From positions 248,001-312,000 of the forward strand of contig CAWKCK010000005.1 in the NCBI GenBank assembly GCA_963848135.1: a DNA stretch of 64,000 nt. The letters are read 5' to 3'. The position numbers were made by a program, and so were the translations under genes. Under the pieces are notes generated by a model that saw only the letters and a list, made by a program, of their open reading frames with translations, searched no databases and was not told the origin of the DNA. This DNA is from an uncultured delta proteobacterium. Lineage in GTDB: Bacteria; Desulfobacterota; Desulfobacteria; Desulfobacterales; SG8-13. Below are positions 33,011-42,456 of this stretch, piece after piece; position 1 is the stretch's first letter; every line of letters begins with the position of its first letter.

Positions 33011-33658
33011 TCAGCCCAATTTTTTCAAGACTTCTACAATTTCCGACGGTTCCGGACGGTGGGTGTAGTCGGGGTTGGCCTCGGCACTGACCACATTCCC
33101 CTTTTGGTCTAAAACAAACCGGCCCGGCATAGGCAGGAACCGCTTATCGTTGCCATTGAATCTGACCAAGTCTATTCCGAATTGACTGTACAGTTCGACC
33201 AGGTCGTCCGGCAGCTTATAGGTCAGACCGAATTGTGAGGCCAGCTGATTGTCTTCATCCCTTAAAAGTGGGAAGGTCAAATTGTGGTTTTTAACCATCA
33301 ATTTAGAGTATTTTTCAAGCTGGGGCGAGATGACCACCAGTGAAGCGCCCTGGGCCTTGATGTCTGCCACTGTTTCTTGCAGAGCTTCCAGATCCATATT
33401 GCAGTAAGGTCACCATTGCCCCCGGTAAAAGCTGATAACCACAGGCCCCTGGGCCAGCAAGCCCTTAAGCTCCACCAGGTCCCCGTTTTCATCTGGCAAA
33501 GAAAATTCTGGCGCAGACTCCCCGACCTTTAAGACCTTGTCAAGAATCCCTGAATTTTTAAGATCTTTCGTGAACCTTTGTATGACTTCCACCGCTTCCG
33601 GAGGGGCTTTTTCCAAAAAACTTTTTTTGTATTCATCCAATTTGTCCTGCAATCCCAT
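33011..33658 (-). CDS. Selenocysteine-containing peroxiredoxin-like (AhpC/TSA) protein
   Basis: Two in-frame ORFs joined by TGA at 33410-33412 give FYRGQW-U-PYC (UxxC); about 215 aa. Confidence 0.88.
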
Positions 33659-33714
33659 TACCCGACCTCCTTTTTTAAGGTATTAACTCGAATTATGCGG
33701 CTAGTGCCGCGATT

Positions 33715-33830
33715 TCAGTGTTTCAAGCCGGAGATCCTGCTGAGTTTGACGAACTCTGAAGTTATATCGCTATTTTTAAAAACGGCATGAATTAAACGGT
33801 CCGTATTGTTGATTTTGTTAGGCTTCACTA
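33715..33830 (-). pseudogene. Remnant of an iron-sulfur flavoprotein N-terminus
   Basis: NNTDRLIHAVFKNSDITSEFVKLSRIS resembles SNTDRLVGTILDATGLESEFVKLSRIN of 32249..32884. Confidence 0.6.
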
Positions 33831-34199
33831 CCCCTTCGGTAGCAATCATTCCAGGGTGAACACTTAGAACGCTAACGACAAAACTCACTGGTGGCAATGG
33901 GCACAACGGAATCGGCGCTCCGGTGGAGGCCCACAAGTCGCATCAGGCTTATTCATCGTAAAAATGGTTCGCAGTAAATTACGGCAACAGTCATCTTGAA
34001 GATCCGTTTTAAGGCCTAAACTTTATTTGTGTGGGCAATTTGGCTGACGAAGTTGTGTTAACGTACCATAATTCTACCTAAAGTGAGCATTTCAAATATT
34101 AAATGGAGGGGGAACTGCTTTATTTATAAGGAATTCTATCAAAGTTTGATTTTAAAATTTGAAACCGCTTCGGGATTGCCGATCTTTATCCGCCCCTGG

Positions 34200-34304
34200 A
34201 GGGTTGCCGCATCTACGGCGTCATATGCCATCCCGCATAGCCGACTATAGCGGAACGACATCTTCCTTGTATCTGCGGCAACCTCGACAATCGCTCAAAT
34301 TAGG
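34200..34304. repeat. Hairpin repeat ending in the MITE family B terminal sequence
   Basis: GGTTGCCGCA...TGCGGCAACC stem; AATCGCTCAAATTAGG shared with 52620-52635. Confidence 0.55.
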
Positions 34305-34322
34305 TTCTATCCGGATTAACGG

Positions 34323-35009
34323 CTATTTCAGAAGCTTTGGCAACTCCATAAGGGTTTTGATTTCAACATCTGGTTGCCCCGGAAGCCGTTCTTCACTCTG
34401 ACCAAACCGATTCACCCATGCCACGTTGAATCCAAAAGCGGATGCACCTGAAGCATCCCACGCGTTGGATGACTGAAATACGATTTCTTCAGACCTGACT
34501 TTCAAGCCATCAACGGCAATCTGGTATACTCGAAAATCGGGCTTGAATATGCCCACATCCTCAACAGAAAAGTTCTTTTCGATCAAATCGTCAATCTCTG
34601 AGTTTTTCACTGCAGCGTCAAGCATGGCCGGTGTGCCGTTCGACAAAATGGCAAGCTTGAAACCACGGCTTTTCAGGATTGTAAGTACCTCTGGCACTTC
34701 TGGATAGCAATCCAGTTTAAGGTAAGCCTCCATGAGGTCCCTATGCAAGTCAGAATTTTTGATGCCATGCATATCAAAGGCAAAATCCAGTGCATCCATT
34801 GTGACTTTCCAAAAATCGGCATGATGCCCCATCAGGCTGCGAAGCCAGGTGTATTCCAATTGCTTAGTACGCCACAGATTAGACACCTGATCAGCGAGAT
34901 CACCCAGTCGATGCCGAAGTTTTCCGACGGCTGAATGGACATCGAAGAGCGTTCCGTAAGCGTCGAACACACACGCTTTTATTCCACCAATGGTGTTGTT
35001 TATAGACAT
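34323..35009 (-). CDS. Haloacid dehalogenase type II (L-2-haloacid dehalogenase-like)
   Basis: FDAYGTLFDV, WRTKQLEYTW, LSNG, FKP, SSNAWD. Confidence 0.92.
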   Translation of the reverse strand: MSINNTIGGIKACVFDAYGTLFDVHSAVGKLRHRLGDLADQVSNLWRTKQLEYTWLRSLMGHHADFWKVTMDALDFAFDMHGIKNSDLHRDLMEAYLKLDCYPEVPEVLTILKSRGFKLAILSNGTPAMLDAAVKNSEIDDLIEKNFSVEDVGIFKPDFRVYQIAVDGLKVRSEEIVFQSSNAWDASGASAFGFNVAWVNRFGQSEERLPGQPDVEIKTLMELPKLLK

Positions 35010-35998
35010 AAGGCCCTCCATTATCACTGCGCTTGGTAAAATTACCCTTTAAAACAGAGTGCTAGAAGCAAGCTCTGTTTCAACCATTGAAAAATTCATA
35101 AGCATCTGAATATTATGGAAGTGGTGCTTTCAGATGCTCATGATGTTGGAGCCAGTAGCACCAATCTTTTCTTTCTTTCTTTTGTTCCTCTTACATCATC
35201 ATTTGCATCTGAGGTTGCATTCAAATCTCCTTTGCTGATCATTAGTGAAGTTATTGTTACTGTATGTTTTTTGTGGCAAATTTTCTGTAGCACCTGTTAC
35301 ATGATTAAAAATAAATGAGGAGATTTAGAGGAAATGTGGATGGAAAAGGCTACGATATTTGTTAATGGGATTACCCGAATGAATTACAACAGCCGATTTG
35401 TTTAGATGGGAGAGTTATTTACGCTGTTTTCAACGTAGGCAGGATGAGCCGCCTGTCCTCATGGATAATTTTACCCGCTGCTTTATCAGATTTGATTTTC
35501 ACCCTTTTGTTCCTTCTATATATTATCGAAAAAGGTTTGTCTGTAGCAACTGATACAATAATCATAACGTATCAATATATTGTGGCCAGCCTGATTACCT
35601 CAAACATACAGATAACATATCAGTCTTTTGAGATATCGCGAAATTCTGAAGGGTGGTGATGTATTGAGAATACATGGATTTTGTTAATTTTACAGATATG
35701 AAGGAATATCACACCATTTTTCAGACTGTGGATTACGCAATAACAAATATACTAAAAATTCGCTGTACAAAAACTTTGCCTTCCGTGCCTCTATACGATA
35801 TCTGACAAAACTCCAGATGTTCAGATATTCTTTCGAAATTTACAGTCGCGGGCCATCCCAGTTTTCAACCTTCGGACAATAGTAGTTTTTTGCTGCCATT
35901 TTAACCAGATTTGTTCCCCATTGCACATCTGTCATCCTGCAATATTTTATTGATAAGTCGGAGAAACTGTAAAACTAAATACAAACGGAGGTCACACC

Positions 35999-36133
35999 AT
36001 GGCAGAAAATAAAGCCCAGGATTATTTCGATGATAGCGATGAAGGTCACGTTGATGTGCGCGAGAAAAACTTCGAATGCGAAAAGCCTGACAAAAATCTC
36101 GGTTGTGATTTGGGCATTGACGTTCAGGGGTAA
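35999..36133 (+). CDS. Small acidic protein (44 aa), missed by the ORF track
   Basis: GGAGG RBS; MAENKAQDYFDDSDEGHVDVREKNFECEKPDKNLGCDLGIDVQG. Confidence 0.6.
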   Translation: MAENKAQDYFDDSDEGHVDVREKNFECEKPDKNLGCDLGIDVQG

Positions 36134-36257
36134 ACCAGCCGCAGGAGGGTTTATGAACGGTACGATCATCTCCAACGCATAAGGTTTAACCTAAACGACA
36201 ACGGGAGATTTGCTAGTATAATCAATAAAAACATTAGAACCACTTATCTGAAAATCT

Positions 36258-36297
36258 AAAAAAGGCAGGGCCTCCTACGAGGCTCTGCCTTTTTTTG
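36258..36297. terminator. Intrinsic (probably bidirectional) terminator
   Basis: AAAAAAGGCAGGGCCTC-CTAC-GAGGCTCTGCCTTTTTTT. Confidence 0.8.
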
Positions 36298-36415
36298 GAA
36301 CCCTTTTCAAGTTCCTCTCTCACCACACCGCTTCGTGGGGCTTTTTACAAAACAGCAAGGGCGGAGTAATCGGCACTTGTTACCGATCTTAACCGCCCCA
36401 GCTAATTCGCGAAGA

Positions 36416-36688
36416 CTAAACAGACTCGCTAAGTTTTTTCCCAGCCTTGAACTTTACAACATTCTTGGCCTTGATCTTGATGGATTCGCCGGTCTGCGGA
36501 TTGCGCCCCTTGCGCGCTTTGCGGCGTGTTTTCTGGAAGGTGCCAAAACCCACCAGCGTTAATTTGCCGTCTTTCTTTTTCAGTGCCTTGGTGACTCCGT
36601 CCATAAAAGAATCAAGGGCACTGCCCGCTGCCACTTTAGAAATCCCTGCATCCGCTGCCATTTTGTCGATCAATTCTGCCTTTGTCAT
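36416..36688 (-). CDS. hup: DNA-binding protein HU
   Basis: MTKAELID...LVGFGTF...RKARKGRNPQTG..IKI..KFKAGK. Confidence 0.95.
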   Translation of the reverse strand: MTKAELIDKMAADAGISKVAAGSALDSFMDGVTKALKKKDGKLTLVGFGTFQKTRRKARKGRNPQTGESIKIKAKNVVKFKAGKKLSESV

Positions 36689-37115
36689 CTGTTTCCTCCC
36701 TTTGTTTGTGTTTTATACAGCCCATTTGAAACAGGTCAAATACATGATTGTCGCTACGTTGTCAATACGGGAACCAACTGCAGCCAAGAAAAAACGCGAT
36801 CTGCGACTGATTACAGAACCTATTTCCGGGTTCCGATAGCGGGAACAGGTGCTAAAACACAGGGCGGGCAGCCATAGAAAAGAAAAACCTGCGGGATCCA
36901 GGGGTCTTACAGTGGGTATGACGTGGTTCTCCGAAGTTCTGAATGTGGGTGACGGGTTGTAGTCCGCCCGTTCAAGAGACTTCATGGGCGCGGCTGGAAT
37001 CGGGTACCGCAAGGCCTAAATTCTGATACCTTGAAATGGCGGTCAAATAGGGTAAATGGGCGAATGCATTTTCGCCGAAGTCAGAACGACTTAAAAATGC
37101 AAATAGATTATCTTT

Positions 37116-37925
37116 TCAAAATATTATACGGTTCTCACCGCAAACCAATATCAATTCGGATTCCTTACCAGTACACGCAAGGGTCATATTGAGGCTTTTT
37201 CCCATCTCGGCGGCAAGAGCGGTCGGGCGTGACTTACTGATCATAATCGGCAAATGCGCTCTGGCGGTTTTTTGGACCAATTCAAAACTTATCCTTGAAG
37301 ATAGAATCACGATGGCGGCCTCGTTCAGCTTCTTATTCATAAAGACTTTTCCTATTGCCTTATCAAGCGCATTATGCCGTCCAACATCCTCGGCAAAAGA
37401 AATAATCTTCAATTGATGATCAAATATCATAGCCGCGTGTGAGCCCCTTGTTTTCTGATAGTATTTCTGGTTTTCGGGAAGCTTGTTGATGCAATCGAAA
37501 ATGCGGTCGATTTCAACCCGAAAGCCACTATCGACCGGAGTTAAGATCTGATAAAGATCCTTAACCATCTCCTTGCCGCAAATACCGCAACTGGTCTGGC
37601 TGACAAAGCCCCTTCTCTCGAGTAGATCATGAATTTTTTCACGCCTTTCGGATGCGAGCCTGATATCGATGACATTGGGATCCAGATCTTCACAATAACC
37701 TATCGTAACAAAATCATCTGGAGAGTCCGCAATACCCTCCCCTAGACAAAATCCTGCCGCGTGAAACAATTCCTCCCCGGGTGTTCGCATTACCACGGAA
37801 TAAGGCTTTCCATCGATACGGATCAAAAGGGGCTCCTCGCCAATCAATTCGTGAGAGCTGGTCCGGCAAACCCCTCCTTCACACCGAATCACCTGATAAG
37901 ATCCTGTATCCGTGCCTTCATTCAT
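37116..37925 (-). CDS. fdhD: Formate dehydrogenase accessory sulfurtransferase
   Basis: EEPL, MRTPG, SCGICG, EDVGRHNALDKAIG, SRISFELVQK. Confidence 0.93.
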   Translation of the reverse strand: MNEGTDTGSYQVIRCEGGVCRTSSHELIGEEPLLIRIDGKPYSVVMRTPGEELFHAAGFCLGEGIADSPDDFVTIGYCEDLDPNVIDIRLASERREKIHDLLERRGFVSQTSCGICGKEMVKDLYQILTPVDSGFRVEIDRIFDCINKLPENQKYYQKTRGSHAAMIFDHQLKIISFAEDVGRHNALDKAIGKVFMNKKLNEAAIVILSSRISFELVQKTARAHLPIMISKSRPTALAAEMGKSLNMTLACTGKESELILVCGENRIIF

Positions 37926-38042
37926 TTCTTATGGTTCCATTAACACCCTGTTAAACGTGAGCTGTGCCGGTTTTAACTGATTGTCGTCATATGTATGGTA
38001 TGCAATCGAATAAACAAATTGCGTTGGCCTTCCCCCAAAGAA

Positions 38043-38534
38043 CTAGTCCAAATCTAGCTTCGAACTGCACTGATTACATTTTACTGCTCCCCGGAAGACT
38101 TTATTGCCGCATTGCGGGCAAATGTATCGGGCCTCTTCATCTTGGACCCAGTTTTCCGTGCCGACTTCGCGCCAATGGGGAATAGCCCGCAAAATAACCT
38201 TTTTACCGACAGCCATTGGAAAGTTATCGATATACTGACAGGGAAAATCGTCGCATTGATGGCATCCGGTATAGCCCTTCTCTTTTGTACAGGCTCTGAT
38301 ATCACAGTGCTGACAGTGTATAAAAGGTTCGCCAGATAGGCAGCCACGGCAGCGGATACCTTCTATTGTCAGATGCTCACTATTCGGAAGAACACCCTTA
38401 CCGGAAACTTTTCCCATGTAAAGTCCCAGCAACCGCTCCTTGAATTTATGATTATTATCGCGATGGGCGATATAAATGGCGCAAACTCCGCAATAAAGAC
38501 CACAAGGAGAGACAAAATCTGGATTTATTTTCAC
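38043..38534 (-). CDS. DUF3795 Cys-rich protein
   Basis: PCGLYCGVC, CRGC, C.IRAC, CHQCDDFPC, C-terminal CPQC/CNQC. Confidence 0.85.
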   Translation of the reverse strand: MKINPDFVSPCGLYCGVCAIYIAHRDNNHKFKERLLGLYMGKVSGKGVLPNSEHLTIEGIRCRGCLSGEPFIHCQHCDIRACTKEKGYTGCHQCDDFPCQYIDNFPMAVGKKVILRAIPHWREVGTENWVQDEEARYICPQCGNKVFRGAVKCNQCSSKLDLD

Positions 38535-38615
38535 AATTTTAATCCTCCGTGATTTTTAATTCTCTTAAATTGCGACAATTGAACGAACGAGACCTTCTGA
38601 TTTCCTCCCCAATAT

Positions 38616-39230
38616 TTATTCCACTGACGGCGGTTCGGAAGAAAGTGCGGGGGCAATGAGCGATTTGGTTAAAACGTAAGCTGCTTGCAGGGCCTCTGTG
38701 GGGCACAGCGGAAAACATTCCTTGCAGTCCCAGCATTCTTTAGAAGCAATTTCCGGGATGAAACTGATCTCTTTCCTTATTCCCCTGTCGACAAATCCAA
38801 CGGCATTCTTTTTCTTGATCTCGGCGCAGTATCTCACACATAGACCACAATGAATGCAAAATGAAGCCTCTTTTTCAAAGCGGTCTTTGTCTGCGCCATA
38901 CTCTTGACCCAATTCCTGCAGCTCAGGAGAATCAGGGGCATGTGCCAGCAGAAGTTCCAAGATCATTTTACGAATTTTATCTATCGTCGCGGATCTGGTT
39001 CTGACCACCAAATTTTCTGCTACCGGATAAATGCAAGAAACAACGCGCTTGGTCCAACCGTTAACCTCTACTTCTACAATGCAAATCCGGCAACCCCCAA
39101 AAGGTTCCAAATCCTTGTGGTGACATAATGTGGGTATCGATATGCCTGCATTTTGGGCGGCCTCCAGGACGGTCATCCCTTCGTCTGCAGGGACTTCTTT
39201 TCCATCAATCTGTAGAAGGATCTCACTCAT
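38616..39230 (-). CDS. bamI: Class II benzoyl-CoA reductase subunit I (NuoG N-terminal-like Fe-S)
   Basis: IPTLCHH, GGCRICIVE, CIHCGLCVRYC, CWDCKECFPLCP; position in bam cluster. Confidence 0.8.
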   Translation of the reverse strand: MSEILLQIDGKEVPADEGMTVLEAAQNAGISIPTLCHHKDLEPFGGCRICIVEVEVNGWTKRVVSCIYPVAENLVVRTRSATIDKIRKMILELLLAHAPDSPELQELGQEYGADKDRFEKEASFCIHCGLCVRYCAEIKKKNAVGFVDRGIRKEISFIPEIASKECWDCKECFPLCPTEALQAAYVLTKSLIAPALSSEPPSVE

Positions 39231-41154
39231 TTGCTTTGCTCTTTCTGGTTATGATTCTTTCTTCTTCAGGAATAGGAGATGGAACAGGTTCTCCTGAAAT
39301 CTTCGTCACCGCACTAAATCGAGAGGGACAAACTTCAAAGCAGGTTCCGCACTTTGTGCATTTCTCCTGGTCAATGACATGGATCTTCTTCTTGCCACCG
39401 TCAACCGCACCGGCCGGGCACTTCTTTTTGCAAATCATACAGGCCTGGCACTTAGCCGGATCAACATAAAACGCTATCAGTTGCTTACAGGATAAAGCCG
39501 GGCATCTCTTCTCCAGGATATGCGCCTCATACTCTTCTCTGAAATAGCGCACCGTACTGAGAAACGGATTCGGGGCACTCGTCCCTAACGCGCAAAGCGA
39601 GGCCTCCTTTGCCACTTCGGACAGCTCTTCCAGGAGCTTGATGTCGCCCTCTTTTCCCTTTCCTTCGGTGATTTTCGTGAGAATCTTTAGCATCTGTCCG
39701 AGGCCTTCACGACACGGTACACATTTACCGCAGGATTCATCCGTGAGAAAGTCAATGAAGTACCTGGCGACATCAACCATGCAGGTATCTTCATCCATTA
39801 CAATCATCCCACCTGACCCCATCATAGAACCGGCCTCGGTGAGTTCATCAAAACCAACTTCCAAATCTAACAAATCACCTGGGATACATCCGCCGGACGG
39901 CCCCCCGGTTTGAACCGCTTTGAACTTCTTGCCTCCGGGAATCCCACCACCAATTTTGTAAATAATATCTTTCAGGCTCATGCCCATGGGTACTTCCACA
40001 AGGCCGGTATTGGTTATTTTACCGACCAGGGAAAAAATCTTCGTGCCCTTGCTTCCGTCCGTTCCAAATTGGGTGAACCAATCAGCGCCTTTATTGATGA
40101 TAAGCGGCACATTGGCCCAGGTCTCAACATTATTTAAAACGCTGGGCATCCCCCAGAGGCCTTTGATGTTGGAGCGGATATACTTTGGCCGGGGCTCCCC
40201 AACCCTGCCTTCCAATGCCGTCATCAGGGCCGTCGATTCACCACAGACAAAAGCGCCGGCGCCCCGATGCACTTGAACAGTGAAATCAAAACCTGATCCG
40301 AGGATGTTTTTTCCCAGTAAACCATGCTCCTCAGCCATCTTGATAGCGATGTTAACATTTTCCACGGCCAGGGGGTATTCCTGTCGAACGTAAATATAGC
40401 CCTCGTGGGAGCCGATGGCATAAGCGCCGATAGTCAACCCCTCGAGGATGGAGTGAGGATTGCCCTCGAGAAGGCTCCGGTCCATATAAGCCCCGGGGTC
40501 ACCCTCATCGGCATTGACGATCACGTATTTTGTCTCTTCCGGAGCATTGCGGGTCCCCTCCCATTTTCTCCCCGCGGGAAAGCCGCCGCCGCCTCTCCCT
40601 CTCAGGTTGGATTTTTTGACTTCCTCCAATACCTGCTCCGCGGACATCCCTGAAAGTGCTTTGGCTAAAGCGGAATAACCGCCAATGGCCAAGTAATCAT
40701 CGATGCTCTTGGGGTCAATACTGCCGTTAGAGCCGAAAACAAGTCGCTCCTGGTTCTTGTAGAAAGGAATTTCAGATTCATGAATGATCTTTTCATTGGT
40801 ATCGGGGTCGCTATAGAGCAAACGCTCGATGACCTTCTTCTCTTTTATCGTTTTAGATACAATTTCTGGAACATCTTCGGGCGCGATTTGAAAATAGCAG
40901 ATTTCCTCAGGGTGAATGACAATAATGGGACCCCGTTCACAAAAGCCGTGGCAACCGGTCTTCCTGATATCGACCTTATCCACTAAGCCCTGTTTTTTTA
41001 CCTCTTCTTCAATGCTTTCAGCGACCTTTCCACTGCCCGTAGCATGGCAAGCGGATCCTGAACAAAGCGTAATACAGGGTTTCTCCGGATCTCTTTTCGA
41101 TAAGATATTCTTCCTGAATTTTTCAAGATCAGCTGGTGAATCTATCCGCGGCAT
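39223..41154 (-). CDS. bamH: Class II benzoyl-CoA reductase subunit H (NuoF-like, FMN/NADH)
   Basis: LRGRGGGGFP, NADEGDPG, GAGAFVCGE, ESCGKCVPCREG, C-terminal 2[4Fe-4S]. Confidence 0.85.
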   Translation of the reverse strand: MPRIDSPADLEKFRKNILSKRDPEKPCITLCSGSACHATGSGKVAESIEEEVKKQGLVDKVDIRKTGCHGFCERGPIIVIHPEEICYFQIAPEDVPEIVSKTIKEKKVIERLLYSDPDTNEKIIHESEIPFYKNQERLVFGSNGSIDPKSIDDYLAIGGYSALAKALSGMSAEQVLEEVKKSNLRGRGGGGFPAGRKWEGTRNAPEETKYVIVNADEGDPGAYMDRSLLEGNPHSILEGLTIGAYAIGSHEGYIYVRQEYPLAVENVNIAIKMAEEHGLLGKNILGSGFDFTVQVHRGAGAFVCGESTALMTALEGRVGEPRPKYIRSNIKGLWGMPSVLNNVETWANVPLIINKGADWFTQFGTDGSKGTKIFSLVGKITNTGLVEVPMGMSLKDIIYKIGGGIPGGKKFKAVQTGGPSGGCIPGDLLDLEVGFDELTEAGSMMGSGGMIVMDEDTCMVDVARYFIDFLTDESCGKCVPCREGLGQMLKILTKITEGKGKEGDIKLLEELSEVAKEASLCALGTSAPNPFLSTVRYFREEYEAHILEKRCPALSCKQLIAFYVDPAKCQACMICKKKCPAGAVDGGKKKIHVIDQEKCTKCGTCFEVCPSRFSAVTKISGEPVPSPIPEEERIITRKSKANE

Positions 41155-41163
41155 AATTTTATC

Positions 41164-41640
41164 CTACTCGTAATTTTTTAACACATCTGCTGTCGCGCCC
41201 GGCGCCATCTTTCCGTGCGTCTTCCCATCAATTTCCATCACCGGTCCTAAAGCACAGCAGCCAAGGCAATTCACTGTCTCCAGGCTGAATTTCAAATCCA
41301 GGTCTGTTTCGCCAGGTTTAATACCGGTCACATCTTGCACCGTGTCCAGGATGCGCGTTGCACCGCGAACATGGCAGGCAGTACCCACACAAAGATGAAT
41401 TTCATGACGCCCTTTCGGAACGAGGCTAAATGCCTTATAAAAGGTCGCGATATGCTGTATCTGGGTTAAGGGAACCTGCAATTTCTCGCTAACCCTCTCT
41501 AAGGCCTTCTTAGGCAGCCAATGATTTTCACTCTGGATCTCCAGCAATACCTGTATCAGTGAACTGGCTTCGCTCTGATGATTGTCGATAATCTGATCAA
41601 TTCTGTCATTCTCCATATCCGCTATCCCAATCTTCTTCAT
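41164..41640 (-). CDS. bamG: Class II benzoyl-CoA reductase subunit G (NuoE-like 2Fe-2S)
   Basis: ATFY, CVGTACHVRG, VNCLGCCALGP. Confidence 0.85.
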   Translation of the reverse strand: MKKIGIADMENDRIDQIIDNHQSEASSLIQVLLEIQSENHWLPKKALERVSEKLQVPLTQIQHIATFYKAFSLVPKGRHEIHLCVGTACHVRGATRILDTVQDVTGIKPGETDLDLKFSLETVNCLGCCALGPVMEIDGKTHGKMAPGATADVLKNYE

Positions 41641-41669
41641 TTTCCCAAGTTACAGCACGCTCTTTCGCT

Positions 41670-42437
41670 TCAGGCCAAAGCGAAGCGTTTCAGATTTTCA
41701 TCGTATCTGACCAATCCGTGCCTTGATGAGCTGTTCATGTGCCGCGATACTTCGGACGGGTTCAGACCTAAAACCTCAGATATTTCTCCAGTTGAAAGGG
41801 GTTTTTCACGCAAGAGTAACATGATTTGACTGATTGCCAATTTATCAATGACCAATGCATTAATTAACCGATTGACCTCATCGCTGCTGAAAAATTCTTC
41901 ATACGCATCTTCCGATTTGACAGGTACCCTCAACCGTTCCCTTTCCACCAACTTTAGGTAAGGAATTAAATTCGTAACCGCCTCGAGATTGACTTTTAAT
42001 CCTTTCGCGTCGATTCCTTCGCTTTTTCCCAGAGGCCCTATTCCGTCCACCTTTTTGCAAAAAGCGTTTATCATTTCGGCAAGTAGGATGCCATCACCGG
42101 AGGACAAAAACTCGATCGATAACCTTTCCGGGTTCAACCCGATGTGTTGCATTATCTTTCTGCACAGAAGCACATTGCTCAGGGCATCGTAATTCCCATG
42201 GGTAATATAATTGCACTCATTCAGACGGCAACCGCCAATAAAAACCCCGTCTATTCCATTTGAGAAGGCTCTGAGCACAAATTCCAGGTCGACTCTACCG
42301 GAACACATGACGCGGATAAGCCTGATGTCAGTTGCATATTGTAGTCTGGAAACTCCAGCCATGTCAGCAGCACCGTAGGCTCACCAATGGCATACAAAAC
42401 CCAGTACTTTCGGTTTAAATGGAAGACCTGTTGTCAT
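41670..42437 (-). CDS. bamF: Class II benzoyl-CoA reductase subunit F (MvhD-like selenoprotein)
   Basis: MTTGLPFKPKVLGFVCHW-U-AYGAADMAG with TGA at 42381-42383; RVMCSGRV, GC..NECNY; GGAG RBS before 42437. Confidence 0.9.
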
Positions 42438-42456
42438 TCGTGCTCAACTCCTTAAA

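Noticed and set aside
35040..35950. Long AT-rich intergenic region with inverted repeats (e.g. AGCATCTGAA/TTCAGATGCT) considered as CRISPR or ncRNA
   Set aside because: No regular repeat-spacer period, no cas genes and no recognisable RNA family.
36770..37060. GC-richer non-coding stretch between hup and fdhD considered as riboswitch or ncRNA
   Set aside because: No conserved motif of a known family could be recognised by eye.
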